In this document: piece by piece, positions 42,612 through 52,403 of the stretch
Layout of the letters: the number at the start of each line of letters is the position of its first letter
Position numbering within the stretch: the stretch's first letter is position 1
Assembly (NCBI GenBank): GCA_016710095.1
Contig: JADJLL010000013.1
Span: 6,458 to 70,457, forward strand
Source: Candidatus Eiseniibacteriota bacterium
GTDB lineage: Bacteria; Eisenbacteria; RBG-16-71-46
Length of the DNA stretch: 64,000 nucleotides
Direction of reading: 5' to 3'
Notes under the pieces: model-generated
What the model was told of the DNA's origin: nothing
The model's database searches: none
Seen by the model: only the letters and a program-made list of their open reading frames with translations
Position numbers and translations under genes: made by a program

Positions 42612-42990
42612 ACACTCCCGCGAGTGAAGATGCGCGTGCGTCGAGCGCACACGGCGCGCACTTCTCGCACCTGCGACATCGCGTCGCACGGATTCCTCGC
42701 GGGAGTACGTTTCGCCCGCGTCATTCGCGGCTGAAACTCTCCTTGGCATTCCCCGGCCACATTGGCAGCGCCGTGGACAGGTTGGCAGAGCGCGCGCGAT
42801 CGCCACACAGAAGCGGGACACGACTGACGCGCGAAGTCGCTGCCGCGCACGGCCCCTCGTCGCGCACGCGCACGCGCACTCCGCGGCCTGCGATATGCAC
42901 GCCCAGCGGGAGGACATCGCGCGCCACCCGATGCGTGATGCCTCGTGCGTCACACCCTCGATACCGAAACCCCGGGAAGGGGCCGTCGAT

Positions 42991-44364
42991 ATGAACGAGA
43001 CCAAGAAGATCCGCGTGATCATCATGGGAGCCGCCGGCAGGGATTTTCACAACTTCAATGTCTACTGGAAGCACCTCGCCGACCACGAGGTCGTGGCCTT
43101 CACGGCGAACCAGATCCCCGATATTGCCGGCCGCGTGTATCCGCCCGCCCTCGCCGGACCGAACTATCCCAACGGCATCCCGATTCACCCGGAGGAGAGT
43201 CTCGAGCAGCTGATTCGTGACCTCCACGTCGACCAGGTCTCGTTCGCGTACTCGGACGTCTCGTACGACTTCCTCATGCACGAGTGCGCCCGCGTGCAGG
43301 CCGCAGGGGCGGAGTTCCGCCTTCTCGGGCCCGACGAGACGATGCTCAAGAGCACCAAGCCCGTGATCTCCGTCTGCGCCGTGCGCACGGGATGCGGCAA
43401 GAGCCAGACGTCGCGCCGCGTCACGCAGATCCTGCGCGAGATGGGGCTGCGCGTCGCGGTCGTGCGCCACCCGATGCCGTACGGCGATCTCGAGCAGCAG
43501 CGCTGCCAGCGGTTCGCGACGCTCGCGGACATGGACCTGCACAAGTGCACGATCGAGGAGCGCGAGGAGTACGAACCGCACATCGCGGCCGGCAGCCTCG
43601 TGTACGCGGGCGTGGACTACGAGCAGATCCTGCGCAGCGCCGAGGGCGAGGCCGACGTCATCCTGTGGGACGGCGGCAACAACGACCTGTCGTTCTACCG
43701 GCCCGACCTCAACATCGTCGTGGCCGATCCGCACCGTCCCGGCCACGAGCTGCGCTACTACCCGGGCGAGACGAACGTGCGCATGGCCGACCTCGTCATC
43801 GTGAACAAGGTGGACACCGCCGGCGCGCAGAACGTCGCGCTCGTCGAGGCGAACGTCCGCTCGGTGAACCCGCGCGCGGTCGTGCTGCAGGCGAACTCGC
43901 CGGTGACCGTCGCGGACCCGGAACTCATCCGCGGCAAGCGCGTGCTCGTGGTGGAAGACGGACCGACGCTCACGCACGGCGAGATGCGCTACGGCGCCGG
44001 CTACGTCGCGGCGCACCGGCTCGGCGCTTCGGTCGTGGTGGATCCGCGGCCTTACGCGAAGGGCTCGATCCGCGGCGTGTTCGAGAAGTACCCGCACGTC
44101 ACCGAGATCCTGCCCGCCATGGGCTACGGCGAACGCCAGATGGCGGAGCTTTCGGCGAGCATCGACGCCGTGCCGTGCGACGCCGTGCTGATCGCGACGC
44201 CGATCGACCTCGGCAAGCTCATGAAGATCAACAAGCCCGCCACGCGCGTGCGCTACGAACTCGAGGAGCACGACCTCACGGTGCTGCCGCGCATGATCCG
44301 CGAGGCGATCGCGCGCCACACGTCGCTGTCCGGGAAGGAGGCGCTCGCTCATGCCGGCCATTGA
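42991..44364 (+). CDS. P-loop GTPase-like protein (COG2403 / cyclic 2,3-diphosphoglycerate-synthetase-like family)
   Basis: ATG 42991. G1 VISVCAVRTGCGKSQTSRRV. G3 VILWDGGNND. G4 IVNKVD. About 457 aa. The stop overlaps the downstream gene. Confidence 0.7.
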   Translation: MNETKKIRVIIMGAAGRDFHNFNVYWKHLADHEVVAFTANQIPDIAGRVYPPALAGPNYPNGIPIHPEESLEQLIRDLHVDQVSFAYSDVSYDFLMHECARVQAAGAEFRLLGPDETMLKSTKPVISVCAVRTGCGKSQTSRRVTQILREMGLRVAVVRHPMPYGDLEQQRCQRFATLADMDLHKCTIEEREEYEPHIAAGSLVYAGVDYEQILRSAEGEADVILWDGGNNDLSFYRPDLNIVVADPHRPGHELRYYPGETNVRMADLVIVNKVDTAGAQNVALVEANVRSVNPRAVVLQANSPVTVADPELIRGKRVLVVEDGPTLTHGEMRYGAGYVAAHRLGASVVVDPRPYAKGSIRGVFEKYPHVTEILPAMGYGERQMAELSASIDAVPCDAVLIATPIDLGKLMKINKPATRVRYELEEHDLTVLPRMIREAIARHTSLSGKEALAHAGH

Positions 44365-45586
44365 TCAGACGCACGCAGCGCTCACCGCGCGCCACATCGA
44401 GCAGGCCGACCGCTTCAGCGCCCACAACTATTCGCCGCTGCCCGTCGTCGTGTCGAAGGCGAGCGGCGCGTGGGTCGAGGACGTGGACGGCCGGCGCTAC
44501 CTCGACATGTTGAGCGCGTACTCGGCGCTCAACTTCGGGCACGGTCATCCGGAACTCGTCGAGACGTTCGTGGACCAGGCGAAGCGCCTGTCGCTCACGT
44601 CCCGCGCGTTCCACAACGACCAGTTCGCGCCCTTCTGCGAAACCATCACGCGCTTCTGCGGCATGGATCGCGTGCTGCCCATGAACACCGGCGCCGAGGC
44701 GGTCGAGACCGCGATCAAGACCGCGCGCAAGTGGGGCTACAAGGTGAAGGGCGTGGCCGAGGGCCAGGCCGAGATCATCGTCTGCGAGGGCAACTTCCAC
44801 GGGCGCACGGTGACGATCGTCAGCTTCTCGGACGACGATCAGTATCGCGACGGCTTCGGACCTTTCACGCCCGGCTTCAAGCTCGTCCCGTACGGCGACA
44901 CGAAGGCGTTCGAGGCGGCGATCACGCCGAACACGGTCGGCTTCCTCGTCGAACCCATCCAGGGCGAGGGCGGCATCGTCGTTCCGCCGGCCGGCTACCT
45001 GAAGGCCTGCCGCGACCTGTGCACGAAGCACAACGTGCTGTTCATGGCCGACGAGATCCAGACCGGCCTCGGCCGCACGGGCCGCAAGTTCGCGTGCGAT
45101 CACGAAGACGTGAAGCCCGACGTGCTCATCCTCGGCAAGGCGCTCGGCGGCGGACTCATGCCCGTCTCCGCGGTGCTCGCCTCGCGCGAGGTGCTGGGCG
45201 TGTTCCATCCCGGCGACCACGGCAGCACGTTCGGCGGCAACCCGCTCGCGTGCGCGGTGGCGCGCAAGTCGCTCGAGATCCTCGAGCGCGACCGGCTTCC
45301 CGAACGCGCCGCGCGGTTCGGGGATCGGTTCATGGAGAAGCTGCGCGGTCTCGTCGGCGGGAACGTGAGGGAAGTGCGCGGACGCGGCCTGCTCATCGGC
45401 ATCGCGCTCACTCCCGAAGCCGGCCCCGCCAAGGCCTGGTGCAAGCAGCTGCTGCACGAAGGCATGCTCTGCAAGGACACCGTCGAGAGCGTCATGCGCA
45501 TCGCGCCGCCCCTCGTGATCGAGGAAATGGATCTCGACTGGGCGTTCGAGCGCATCGCCCGCACCCTGCGAGGGAAACGGCCATGA
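44351..45586 (+). CDS. rocD: Ornithine aminotransferase (class-III PLP aminotransferase)
   Basis: LDMLSAYSALNFGHGHPELV, ...FMADEIQTGLGRTGRKFACDHEDVKPDVLILGKALGGG (PLP-Lys region), about 411 aa. Overlaps the upstream stop by 14 nt. Confidence 0.85.
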   Translation: MPAIDQTHAALTARHIEQADRFSAHNYSPLPVVVSKASGAWVEDVDGRRYLDMLSAYSALNFGHGHPELVETFVDQAKRLSLTSRAFHNDQFAPFCETITRFCGMDRVLPMNTGAEAVETAIKTARKWGYKVKGVAEGQAEIIVCEGNFHGRTVTIVSFSDDDQYRDGFGPFTPGFKLVPYGDTKAFEAAITPNTVGFLVEPIQGEGGIVVPPAGYLKACRDLCTKHNVLFMADEIQTGLGRTGRKFACDHEDVKPDVLILGKALGGGLMPVSAVLASREVLGVFHPGDHGSTFGGNPLACAVARKSLEILERDRLPERAARFGDRFMEKLRGLVGGNVREVRGRGLLIGIALTPEAGPAKAWCKQLLHEGMLCKDTVESVMRIAPPLVIEEMDLDWAFERIARTLRGKRP

Positions 45587-46521
45587 CCGTCAAGACCCGG
45601 ACGCATCACTACCTGTCCGTCACCGACATGACGGCGGAAGAAACGTGGCAACTGCTGCGCACGGCTGCGGAGTTCAAGCGCGCGCCCATCTACCGGCCGC
45701 GTCACGGCCCGCTCGCGCAGCAGACGCTGGCGATGATCTTCGAGAAGCCGTCGCTGCGCACCCGCGTCTCGTTCGAGACCGGCATGACGCAGCTCGGCGG
45801 TCATGCGATCTACCTCGGGCCGTCCGACATCCGGCTCGGCGTGCGCGAGACGGTCGAGGACGTCGCGCTCACGCTGTCGCGCATGGCCGACATGATCATG
45901 GCGCGCGTCTTCGAGCACCAGACGGTCGTGGATCTCGCGAAGTACGCGACCGTCCCGGTGATCAACGCGCTCTCCGATCTCGAGCATCCCTGCCAGGCGC
46001 TGGGGGACATGCAGACGATCGTCGAGCGCGAGGGCAAGCTGGCGGGAGTGAAGCTCGCGTTCCTCGGCGACGGCAACAACGTCGCGAACTCGCTGCTGCT
46101 GGCGGGCGGCCTGATGGGCATGCACGTCACGGTGATCTCTCCTCCGGGCTTCGAGCCGAAGGGCGAGGTGCTCGAGCGCGCGGCGCGGCTGGCGAAGGAC
46201 AGCGGCGGCTCGGCGAAGGCGACGACGGACGTGGACGCCGTGAAGGGCATGGACGTCGTGTACACGGACGTCTGGGCGAGCATGGGGCAGGAGCATGAGG
46301 CCGCCGCTCGCAAGGAACCGTTCCGGCCTTACCAGCTCAACGAAACCCTGATGAAGAAGGCGCGTCCCAACGCGACCGTGCTGCACTGCCTGCCGGCGCA
46401 CTACGGCGAGGAGATCGAGTACAACACCTCGCGCCGCAAGGGCTCGGCGATCTTCGACCAGGCCGAGAACCGGCTGCACGCGGAGAAGGCGCTCATGGTG
46501 AGGTTGGCGCAGAAGGACTGA
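45583..46521 (+). CDS. argF: Ornithine carbamoyltransferase
   Basis: STRTR-like SLRTRVSFE, HPCQALGD and HCLP motifs. 312 aa. ATGA overlap with rocD. Confidence 0.85.
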   Translation: MTVKTRTHHYLSVTDMTAEETWQLLRTAAEFKRAPIYRPRHGPLAQQTLAMIFEKPSLRTRVSFETGMTQLGGHAIYLGPSDIRLGVRETVEDVALTLSRMADMIMARVFEHQTVVDLAKYATVPVINALSDLEHPCQALGDMQTIVEREGKLAGVKLAFLGDGNNVANSLLLAGGLMGMHVTVISPPGFEPKGEVLERAARLAKDSGGSAKATTDVDAVKGMDVVYTDVWASMGQEHEAAARKEPFRPYQLNETLMKKARPNATVLHCLPAHYGEEIEYNTSRRKGSAIFDQAENRLHAEKALMVRLAQKD

Positions 46522-46679
46522 GCCGGTAGCAGCGGCTCCGTGGGAGAAGGGGGGCGGCCACCCGGAAGGGGGGCCGCCCTCGAGCATGGCGGTTCTGGGG
46601 CCTTGTTCGGTCTGCGCTCCTCGAACGTATCGACTGGTGTTACCCGGAATGCCGGCCCCATACCGAGGACGCCATCGAC

Positions 46680-49502
46680 ATGCGCACCATTGCCCGACTC
46701 GCACTCGCCCTGTTCCTGACCGGCCTCTTGGCCCCGGCTGCGCATGCCGTTCCAGCCGGCCTCGATCCTTCCTTCGGCGCGGGGAACGGCTTCGTCCGCC
46801 TTTCCGCTCGCCGCGGCGCCAATCGCGCCGCGGCCATGGTCCAGCAGTTGGACGGGAAGTACGTGATCGCGGGAAGCTCTTCCGATCAAGGCGCCGAGCC
46901 CGTGGAGCTTTCCCTCACGCGCCTCCTCGCCGACGGCAGCCGGGACACTTCGTTCGCGGAGAGCGGTGTGGCGTACTTCCCTCTGGCCGCTTCGAGCGCC
47001 TTCACCTCGCTCGCCCTTCAGGCGGACGGCAAGTTCGTACTGGGTGGCGTGAGCGGCAGCGTGCCGGCGGTCTTTCGGATGACGGCCGACGGACGCCCGG
47101 ACTCCACGTTCGGCACGGCGGGCGTGGCGACGATACCCGGCAACTCCTACGGATTGGTGCGCGCGATCCAACTCCAGGCCGACGGCGCCATTCTCATCGC
47201 CGGGAGCGACAACAGCCTCAACACGGTCGGCTTCGTGGCCCGATTTCTTCCCACCGGCGCACCGGACCCGAGTTGGGATGGCGACGGCATTCGTTTCCTG
47301 AGTCCGCAACCTTGGACCGAACTCCATGCCATCACCCTCATCGGGGGGACACCGCTGATCGTCGGAGAGAGCTCCCCGAACTATGCGTCGAGCCGGTTCC
47401 TCACGCTGATTCGACTGACCGCGACCGGCGCATACGACACCAGCTTCGATGGCGACGGAATCGTCTTCACGCCCGCCGGACTCAACAGTGGCGGCCGAGC
47501 CGTCGCGCTGCAGACCAGCAACACGAGTCCCACCAAGATCATCGTCGCGGGTTACGCGCAGCAGGCGCAGTCGGGCAAGGACTTCCTCGTCGCGCGATAC
47601 GCGCTGAACGGCGCGCTCGACACGACGTTCGACGCGGACGGCATCCTGCTCGTCGCACTCGCGGGCGCGGGCGTGGAGGACTACGCGATCAGCGTCCGCG
47701 TGCTGTCCACCGGAGGAGTGCCGAGCCGGATCATCGCGGGCGGGAACGTCACCGATACCTTCAGCGGAGCGAAGCGCCGCGCCGCGATCAAGCTGTTCCT
47801 CGCGGGAACATTCGACACGGCTTTCGACGGAGACGGCATCCTCATCCCGTCCACCGCCCTCGGCACGGGCGACTGCGCCGCGATGCTCACTTCGGGCAGC
47901 CGGATCGTCTTCGCCGGGACCGGCTATCCCGCCGGAACCGTGCAGGACTACGACGCCGTCGTTTCACGCCACACGACGTCGGACGGCACCGCCGACGCGA
48001 CGTTCGGCTCGGGGGGCTGGTGCTTCCTCGACACGGGGCACGTCCGCGGCTCCGGGTTCGCCGTCGCGGTGCAGACCGACGGCAAGGTGCTCGTCGGCGG
48101 ACGTGGGGATGGAATGGATGCCCAACCCTTCGTGCGCAGGCTGCTCGCGAATGGCACACCGGACAGCACCTTTGGTGACTCGAGCGTTCAGGATTCCCTC
48201 TTCTCGTACGACTCGCGCGGAACGGTGTTCGACCTCGCCCTGCAGCCCGATGGGCGCATCCTCGCGGCGGGAGTCACTCCCTGGGGGTCCCAGTCGGCGA
48301 TGTTCGTGGCACGCATGCATCCGAACGGCGCACTCGATCGCGACTTCGCGGGCACGGGTGTCCGCACGTTCCGTCTGGGCGACACCGACTCGCTCTTCTC
48401 CGTCGCGGTCCAACCGGACGGACGCATCCTGCTGGCGGGCGTCACCCGCATCAACGGATTCGGCGGCCTGCTCGTCGTGGCGCGCCTGACGGCTTCCGGT
48501 GTCTTCGATTCCACGTTCGGCGCCGGCGCCAACGGAGTCGTGTACGACTACCCCGGTCTTTTCGATCCCTGTGCGACGCAAGTCACGCTCCTCCCGGACG
48601 GCCGCATCCTCGTCGTGGGTCGAACCCGCCAGACCGTGGGCGGGGCGTTCCGCGTCGTCGCCTACCGGCTGCTCTCCAATGGCGCCTTGGACGCCTCGTG
48701 GAACGGCTTCGGGAAACTGGTCACGCCCGTGGGCTACGACTCGGCGACCCCCACGAGCATCGCTCCGGCGCCGAACGACGGCGTGATCATCTCCGGCTAC
48801 ACGAGCACCGCGGGAGGCACGCCGTTCGTGCTGCGTTTCCTCGCGAACGGAACGCGCGACTCGAGCTTCAGCGGCGACGGCGAGCTGCAGCTTTCGCCTC
48901 GCGGCAGCGGCGAGGACGTGCATGCGATGGTCGTGCGACCGAGCGGTCACATCGTGCTCGCCGGCACGCTGCGTACGTCCCCGACCCAGCCGATCGCCAC
49001 GCTGGCACGCATCGGCCCGGACGGCTCGCTCGACACCTCGTTCGGCACCGCCGGGCATCTGGACGTCTCGCTCGTGGATTCAGGCGACGAGTACGCGCGA
49101 GACGTCGCGTTCGACGCTCAGGGGCGAGCGGTGGCTGTGGGAGGGGCGCGCGATCGCACGAGCGTCTTTCGGCTGCTGCCCGAGGTCAATTCCACGGCGG
49201 TCGGGGAAGGCGACGCTCCGCACGGTACGCTGCGCTTCAGTGCGCCTTCACCGAACCCCGCGCGTGGCGGAACGTCGTTCGTGCTCACGCTCCCTGCCGC
49301 GGGTCCGCTCGACGTCGCGGTGCACGACGTGACCGGACGCCGTGTGCGTTCGTTGCGCAACGGCGTGGCCACCGCGGGCCCGCAATTGTTGCGGTGGGAC
49401 GGCCGCGACGCCGAAGGCCACGCGGCCCAGCCCGGGCTCTATTTCATTCGGGCCCGGGCAGCCGGGCAGTCCGCGAACACGCGGGTGGTCCTGACGCGCT
49501 GA
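46680..49502 (+). CDS. Secreted delta-60-repeat-type beta-propeller protein with C-terminal FlgD-Ig/T9SS-type sorting domain
   Basis: Signal MRTIARLALALFLTGLLAPAAHA. At least 12 repeats of D(T/S)(S/T)F(G/D)xxG (DTSFDGDGI, DTTFDADGI, DATFGSGG...). Tail GLYFIRARAAGQSANTRVVLTR. Confidence 0.75.
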   Translation: MRTIARLALALFLTGLLAPAAHAVPAGLDPSFGAGNGFVRLSARRGANRAAAMVQQLDGKYVIAGSSSDQGAEPVELSLTRLLADGSRDTSFAESGVAYFPLAASSAFTSLALQADGKFVLGGVSGSVPAVFRMTADGRPDSTFGTAGVATIPGNSYGLVRAIQLQADGAILIAGSDNSLNTVGFVARFLPTGAPDPSWDGDGIRFLSPQPWTELHAITLIGGTPLIVGESSPNYASSRFLTLIRLTATGAYDTSFDGDGIVFTPAGLNSGGRAVALQTSNTSPTKIIVAGYAQQAQSGKDFLVARYALNGALDTTFDADGILLVALAGAGVEDYAISVRVLSTGGVPSRIIAGGNVTDTFSGAKRRAAIKLFLAGTFDTAFDGDGILIPSTALGTGDCAAMLTSGSRIVFAGTGYPAGTVQDYDAVVSRHTTSDGTADATFGSGGWCFLDTGHVRGSGFAVAVQTDGKVLVGGRGDGMDAQPFVRRLLANGTPDSTFGDSSVQDSLFSYDSRGTVFDLALQPDGRILAAGVTPWGSQSAMFVARMHPNGALDRDFAGTGVRTFRLGDTDSLFSVAVQPDGRILLAGVTRINGFGGLLVVARLTASGVFDSTFGAGANGVVYDYPGLFDPCATQVTLLPDGRILVVGRTRQTVGGAFRVVAYRLLSNGALDASWNGFGKLVTPVGYDSATPTSIAPAPNDGVIISGYTSTAGGTPFVLRFLANGTRDSSFSGDGELQLSPRGSGEDVHAMVVRPSGHIVLAGTLRTSPTQPIATLARIGPDGSLDTSFGTAGHLDVSLVDSGDEYARDVAFDAQGRAVAVGGARDRTSVFRLLPEVNSTAVGEGDAPHGTLRFSAPSPNPARGGTSFVLTLPAAGPLDVAVHDVTGRRVRSLRNGVATAGPQLLRWDGRDAEGHAAQPGLYFIRARAAGQSANTRVVLTR

Positions 49503-49518
49503 CGCGCACCCGCCACTT

Positions 49519-49554
49519 CGACGCGCCCGGAGATTTTCCTTCCCCGGGCGCGTC
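49519..49554 (+). terminator. Terminator-like hairpin
   Basis: GACGCGCCCGG-agattttccttc-CCCGGGCGCGTC. Confidence 0.4.
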
Positions 49555-49577
49555 GTGCATCCGAGAATCTCGCGGAC

Positions 49578-50234
49578 ATGAGCCTCCTCGCCCTGCTCGG
49601 ACTCGGCCTGCTGCTCGGCCTGCGCCACGCGGCGGATCCCGACCACGTGGTCGCGGTCACCGCGATCGCCGCGCGCACCCGCCGCGTGCTGCCGGCCATG
49701 TGGCTCGGCGTCGTATGGGGACTCGGGCACACGCTCACGGTTTTCGTCGTGGGCTCGTGCATCATCCTGTTCAACTGGGTCGTGCCGCCGCGTGTCGGAC
49801 TCGCGATGGAATTCTGCGTCGCGCTCGCGCTCGTCGTGGTCGGCCTGCTCAACCTCGGGCGCACACCCGCGCACTCGCACGCGCTCGACGCTGAGGGCAG
49901 GCTTCCCGCGGGTCGCGCGTTCACGGTCGGCCTCGTGCACGGGCTCGCGGGCAGCGCCGCGGTCGCGCTGCTCGTGCTGGCCACGGTGCGCGAACCGCGC
50001 TGGGCGGTGGGCTACCTGCTCGTCTTCGGGCTCGGCACGCTGATCGGCATGACGCTCGTCACGACCGGCTTCGCGTTGCCGGTCGCCACCGCCGCTCGCC
50101 GCTGGGACGGCGCCTCGCGCGGCATCCGGCTCGCGACCGGTGCGCTTTCACTCGGCTTCGGGCTCTGGCTCGCCTGGCAGATCGGCTGGCACGACGGCCT
50201 GTTCCTCGCCACGCCGACGTGGTCGCCGCACTAG
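49578..50234 (+). CDS. NicO-family nickel/cobalt transporter (HoxN/RcnA-like)
   Basis: GLRHAADPDHVVAVTAI (the H-x4-D-H signature). 6 TM helices. Located next to the hydrogenase operon. Confidence 0.75.
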   Translation: MSLLALLGLGLLLGLRHAADPDHVVAVTAIAARTRRVLPAMWLGVVWGLGHTLTVFVVGSCIILFNWVVPPRVGLAMEFCVALALVVVGLLNLGRTPAHSHALDAEGRLPAGRAFTVGLVHGLAGSAAVALLVLATVREPRWAVGYLLVFGLGTLIGMTLVTTGFALPVATAARRWDGASRGIRLATGALSLGFGLWLAWQIGWHDGLFLATPTWSPH

Positions 50235-50325
50235 GGGACGAGGGCCCGACTGGTCCGTCGGGCTACCGTTTCCCCGCGGGTGCCATCCGCTAGACTGCGA
50301 CGCGAATCGCACCGCCGCGCGCAGG

Positions 50326-50793
50326 ATGTGCGCGGCGCCATCGCACAGGACCGCATCGAGGCCGCCCGTGACCGCCTTCTCCGCGGAACGTCGCCGACTT
50401 CTCAAAGCCGCGCTGGGCCTCGCGCCCGCGGCGGTCCTGCTCGCCGCTTCCGGTTGCGCGCCCGCGGCCGCCCCGGCGACCGCCAACGACCTGCGCGTCC
50501 CGCTCGCGCAGCTGCCCGAGGGCCAGCGCGTGCGGCTCCACATGGGCGACCGGCCCATCGAGGTCGTGCGCACCGGCGACCGCATCGAAGCGCGCTCGCT
50601 CTGGTGCACGCACATGGGCTGCGAAGTCACCTGGGAAGAGCAGCGCTCGCGCTACCGCTGCCCCTGCCACGACGGCGAGTTCGATGCGCAGGGCCTGCCG
50701 GTCGGCGGCCCGCCCAAGCGCCCGCTGCGCCGGCTCGAAGCGCTCGTTCAGGGCGATGCCGTCGTGCTCCGTATGCCCGAGGCCGCGTCGTGA
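50326..50793 (+). CDS. Tat-secreted Rieske [2Fe-2S] domain protein
   Basis: Tat motif ERRRLLKAALGLAPAAVLLAASG. Rieske boxes CTHMGC and CPCHDGEF. The start is either ATG 50326 or GTG 50368. Confidence 0.7.
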   Translation: MCAAPSHRTASRPPVTAFSAERRRLLKAALGLAPAAVLLAASGCAPAAAPATANDLRVPLAQLPEGQRVRLHMGDRPIEVVRTGDRIEARSLWCTHMGCEVTWEEQRSRYRCPCHDGEFDAQGLPVGGPPKRPLRRLEALVQGDAVVLRMPEAAS

Positions 50794-52379
50794 ACGCGCC
50801 GGCCGCGCCGCTCGGCGCGCAGGACCGGCCCGTACTGCTCATCACCGGCGCATCCGGCTTCATGGGGCGGCGGCTGCTCGAAGCGCTCAAGAACGACTAC
50901 CGCATCATCGGCATCGCACGCCGCTCGCAGGCCCGCTCGGGCGCGCCGACGCACGCGAACATCCGCTGGTACCAGGCCGACATCGGCGACGCGCGCATGC
51001 TGGCGCAGGTGTTCAACGACATCGCCGCGAACGGGGGAGCGCAGATCTGCATTCACCTCGCCGCGCACTACGACTTCACCGGTGACGACCATCCCGAGTA
51101 CGAGCGCACGAACGTGCAGGGCACGCGCAACGTGCTCGACGCGTGCCGCACGCTCGGCACGATCCGGCACTTCGTCTTCTCGAGCTCCGTCGCCGCGTGC
51201 CAGTTCCCGGCCCCGGGCCGCGCGCTCGACGAACACAGCCCGCCCGACGGCGACCACGTCTACGCGCGCACGAAGCGCGAGGGCGAGCGCATGCTCGCGG
51301 AGTACGACGACGCGTTTCGCTCCGTGATCGTGCGCTTCGCCGCGGCGTACTCGGACTGGTGCGAGTACGCGCCGATGTTCATGTTCATGCACACGTGGCT
51401 CGGCTCCGCCTGGAACCGGCGCATGCTCGGCGGCCGCGGACGCTCGGCGATTCCCTACGTGCACGTGAACGAGATCCCGCCGTTCTTCCGTGCGCTGCTG
51501 CATCGCATTCACGAGCTACCCAAGCGGCAAGTGCTCATCTGCGGCGCCGACCGCGCGGTGTCGCACCTCGAACTGTTCGAGTGCGTGACCGAGCACTTCT
51601 TCGGCGTGAAGCGCAAACCGATCTTCATGCCGCGTGCGATGTGCGGCCCGGGCATGCAGGTCATGGACCTCGTGGGCTCGCTGCTCGGCGAGCGGCCGTT
51701 CGAGCGCCCGTGGATGGCGACGTACATCGACGAAGTGCTCGCGATCGATTCCACGCACACGCGGCGGCTGCTGCACTGGGGCCCGCGGCCGCGGCTTGAG
51801 ATCCTGCGACGCATGCCGTTCCTGATCGAGAACCTCAAGCTCGAACCGGGCGAGTGGCTGCGGCGCAACCGTGCGGCCATGAAGCAGGTGCGCATGCGCG
51901 TGAACCTGCGCATCCACCGGTTGCTCGAGGCGCACGAGCAGGACATCGCCGAGGCGTACCAGATCCGGCTGCGCGCGCCGGAGAACGCACTGCGCTTCCC
52001 GAACTACCGCCGGCTCTCGGAAGAGGAGAGTGCGTGGAACCATCGCATGGTGCTGCGCAATCTCATGAACGCCGTGCGCACGCGCGAACGCGCGGTGTTC
52101 ATGGCCTACTGCCGCGACATCGCCGAGGCCCGCTTCAACCAGGGCTTCTCGGCCGAGGAAGTGTGCGCGGCGCTCGAGGCGCTCAACGAGATCTGCAGCC
52201 GCGCGATCCTCGAGGACCCCGAGTCCGAAGGGCTGCAGGACCGCATCTACGAACACCTCACGATGACCATGCGCATCGGCGAGGACCAGGTGCAGGAAGT
52301 GTTCGAGGATCTCGACACCGCGCGCATGCACCGCGTCGAGGACGAAGAAGCCGCCGCGGGCTGGCCGCCGGAGGCCTGA
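50790..52379 (+). CDS. NAD-dependent epimerase/dehydratase (extended SDR) with a roughly 200-aa C-terminal helical extension
   Basis: GTGA overlap with the Rieske gene. LLITGASGFMGRRLLEAL Rossmann motif. YxxxK-like YARTK. About 530 aa, longer than canonical SDR epimerases. Confidence 0.75.
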   Translation: MNAPAAPLGAQDRPVLLITGASGFMGRRLLEALKNDYRIIGIARRSQARSGAPTHANIRWYQADIGDARMLAQVFNDIAANGGAQICIHLAAHYDFTGDDHPEYERTNVQGTRNVLDACRTLGTIRHFVFSSSVAACQFPAPGRALDEHSPPDGDHVYARTKREGERMLAEYDDAFRSVIVRFAAAYSDWCEYAPMFMFMHTWLGSAWNRRMLGGRGRSAIPYVHVNEIPPFFRALLHRIHELPKRQVLICGADRAVSHLELFECVTEHFFGVKRKPIFMPRAMCGPGMQVMDLVGSLLGERPFERPWMATYIDEVLAIDSTHTRRLLHWGPRPRLEILRRMPFLIENLKLEPGEWLRRNRAAMKQVRMRVNLRIHRLLEAHEQDIAEAYQIRLRAPENALRFPNYRRLSEEESAWNHRMVLRNLMNAVRTRERAVFMAYCRDIAEARFNQGFSAEEVCAALEALNEICSRAILEDPESEGLQDRIYEHLTMTMRIGEDQVQEVFEDLDTARMHRVEDEEAAAGWPPEA

Positions 52380-52403
52380 GGGTCGCTGGCGCGCTGGCGC
52401 GCG

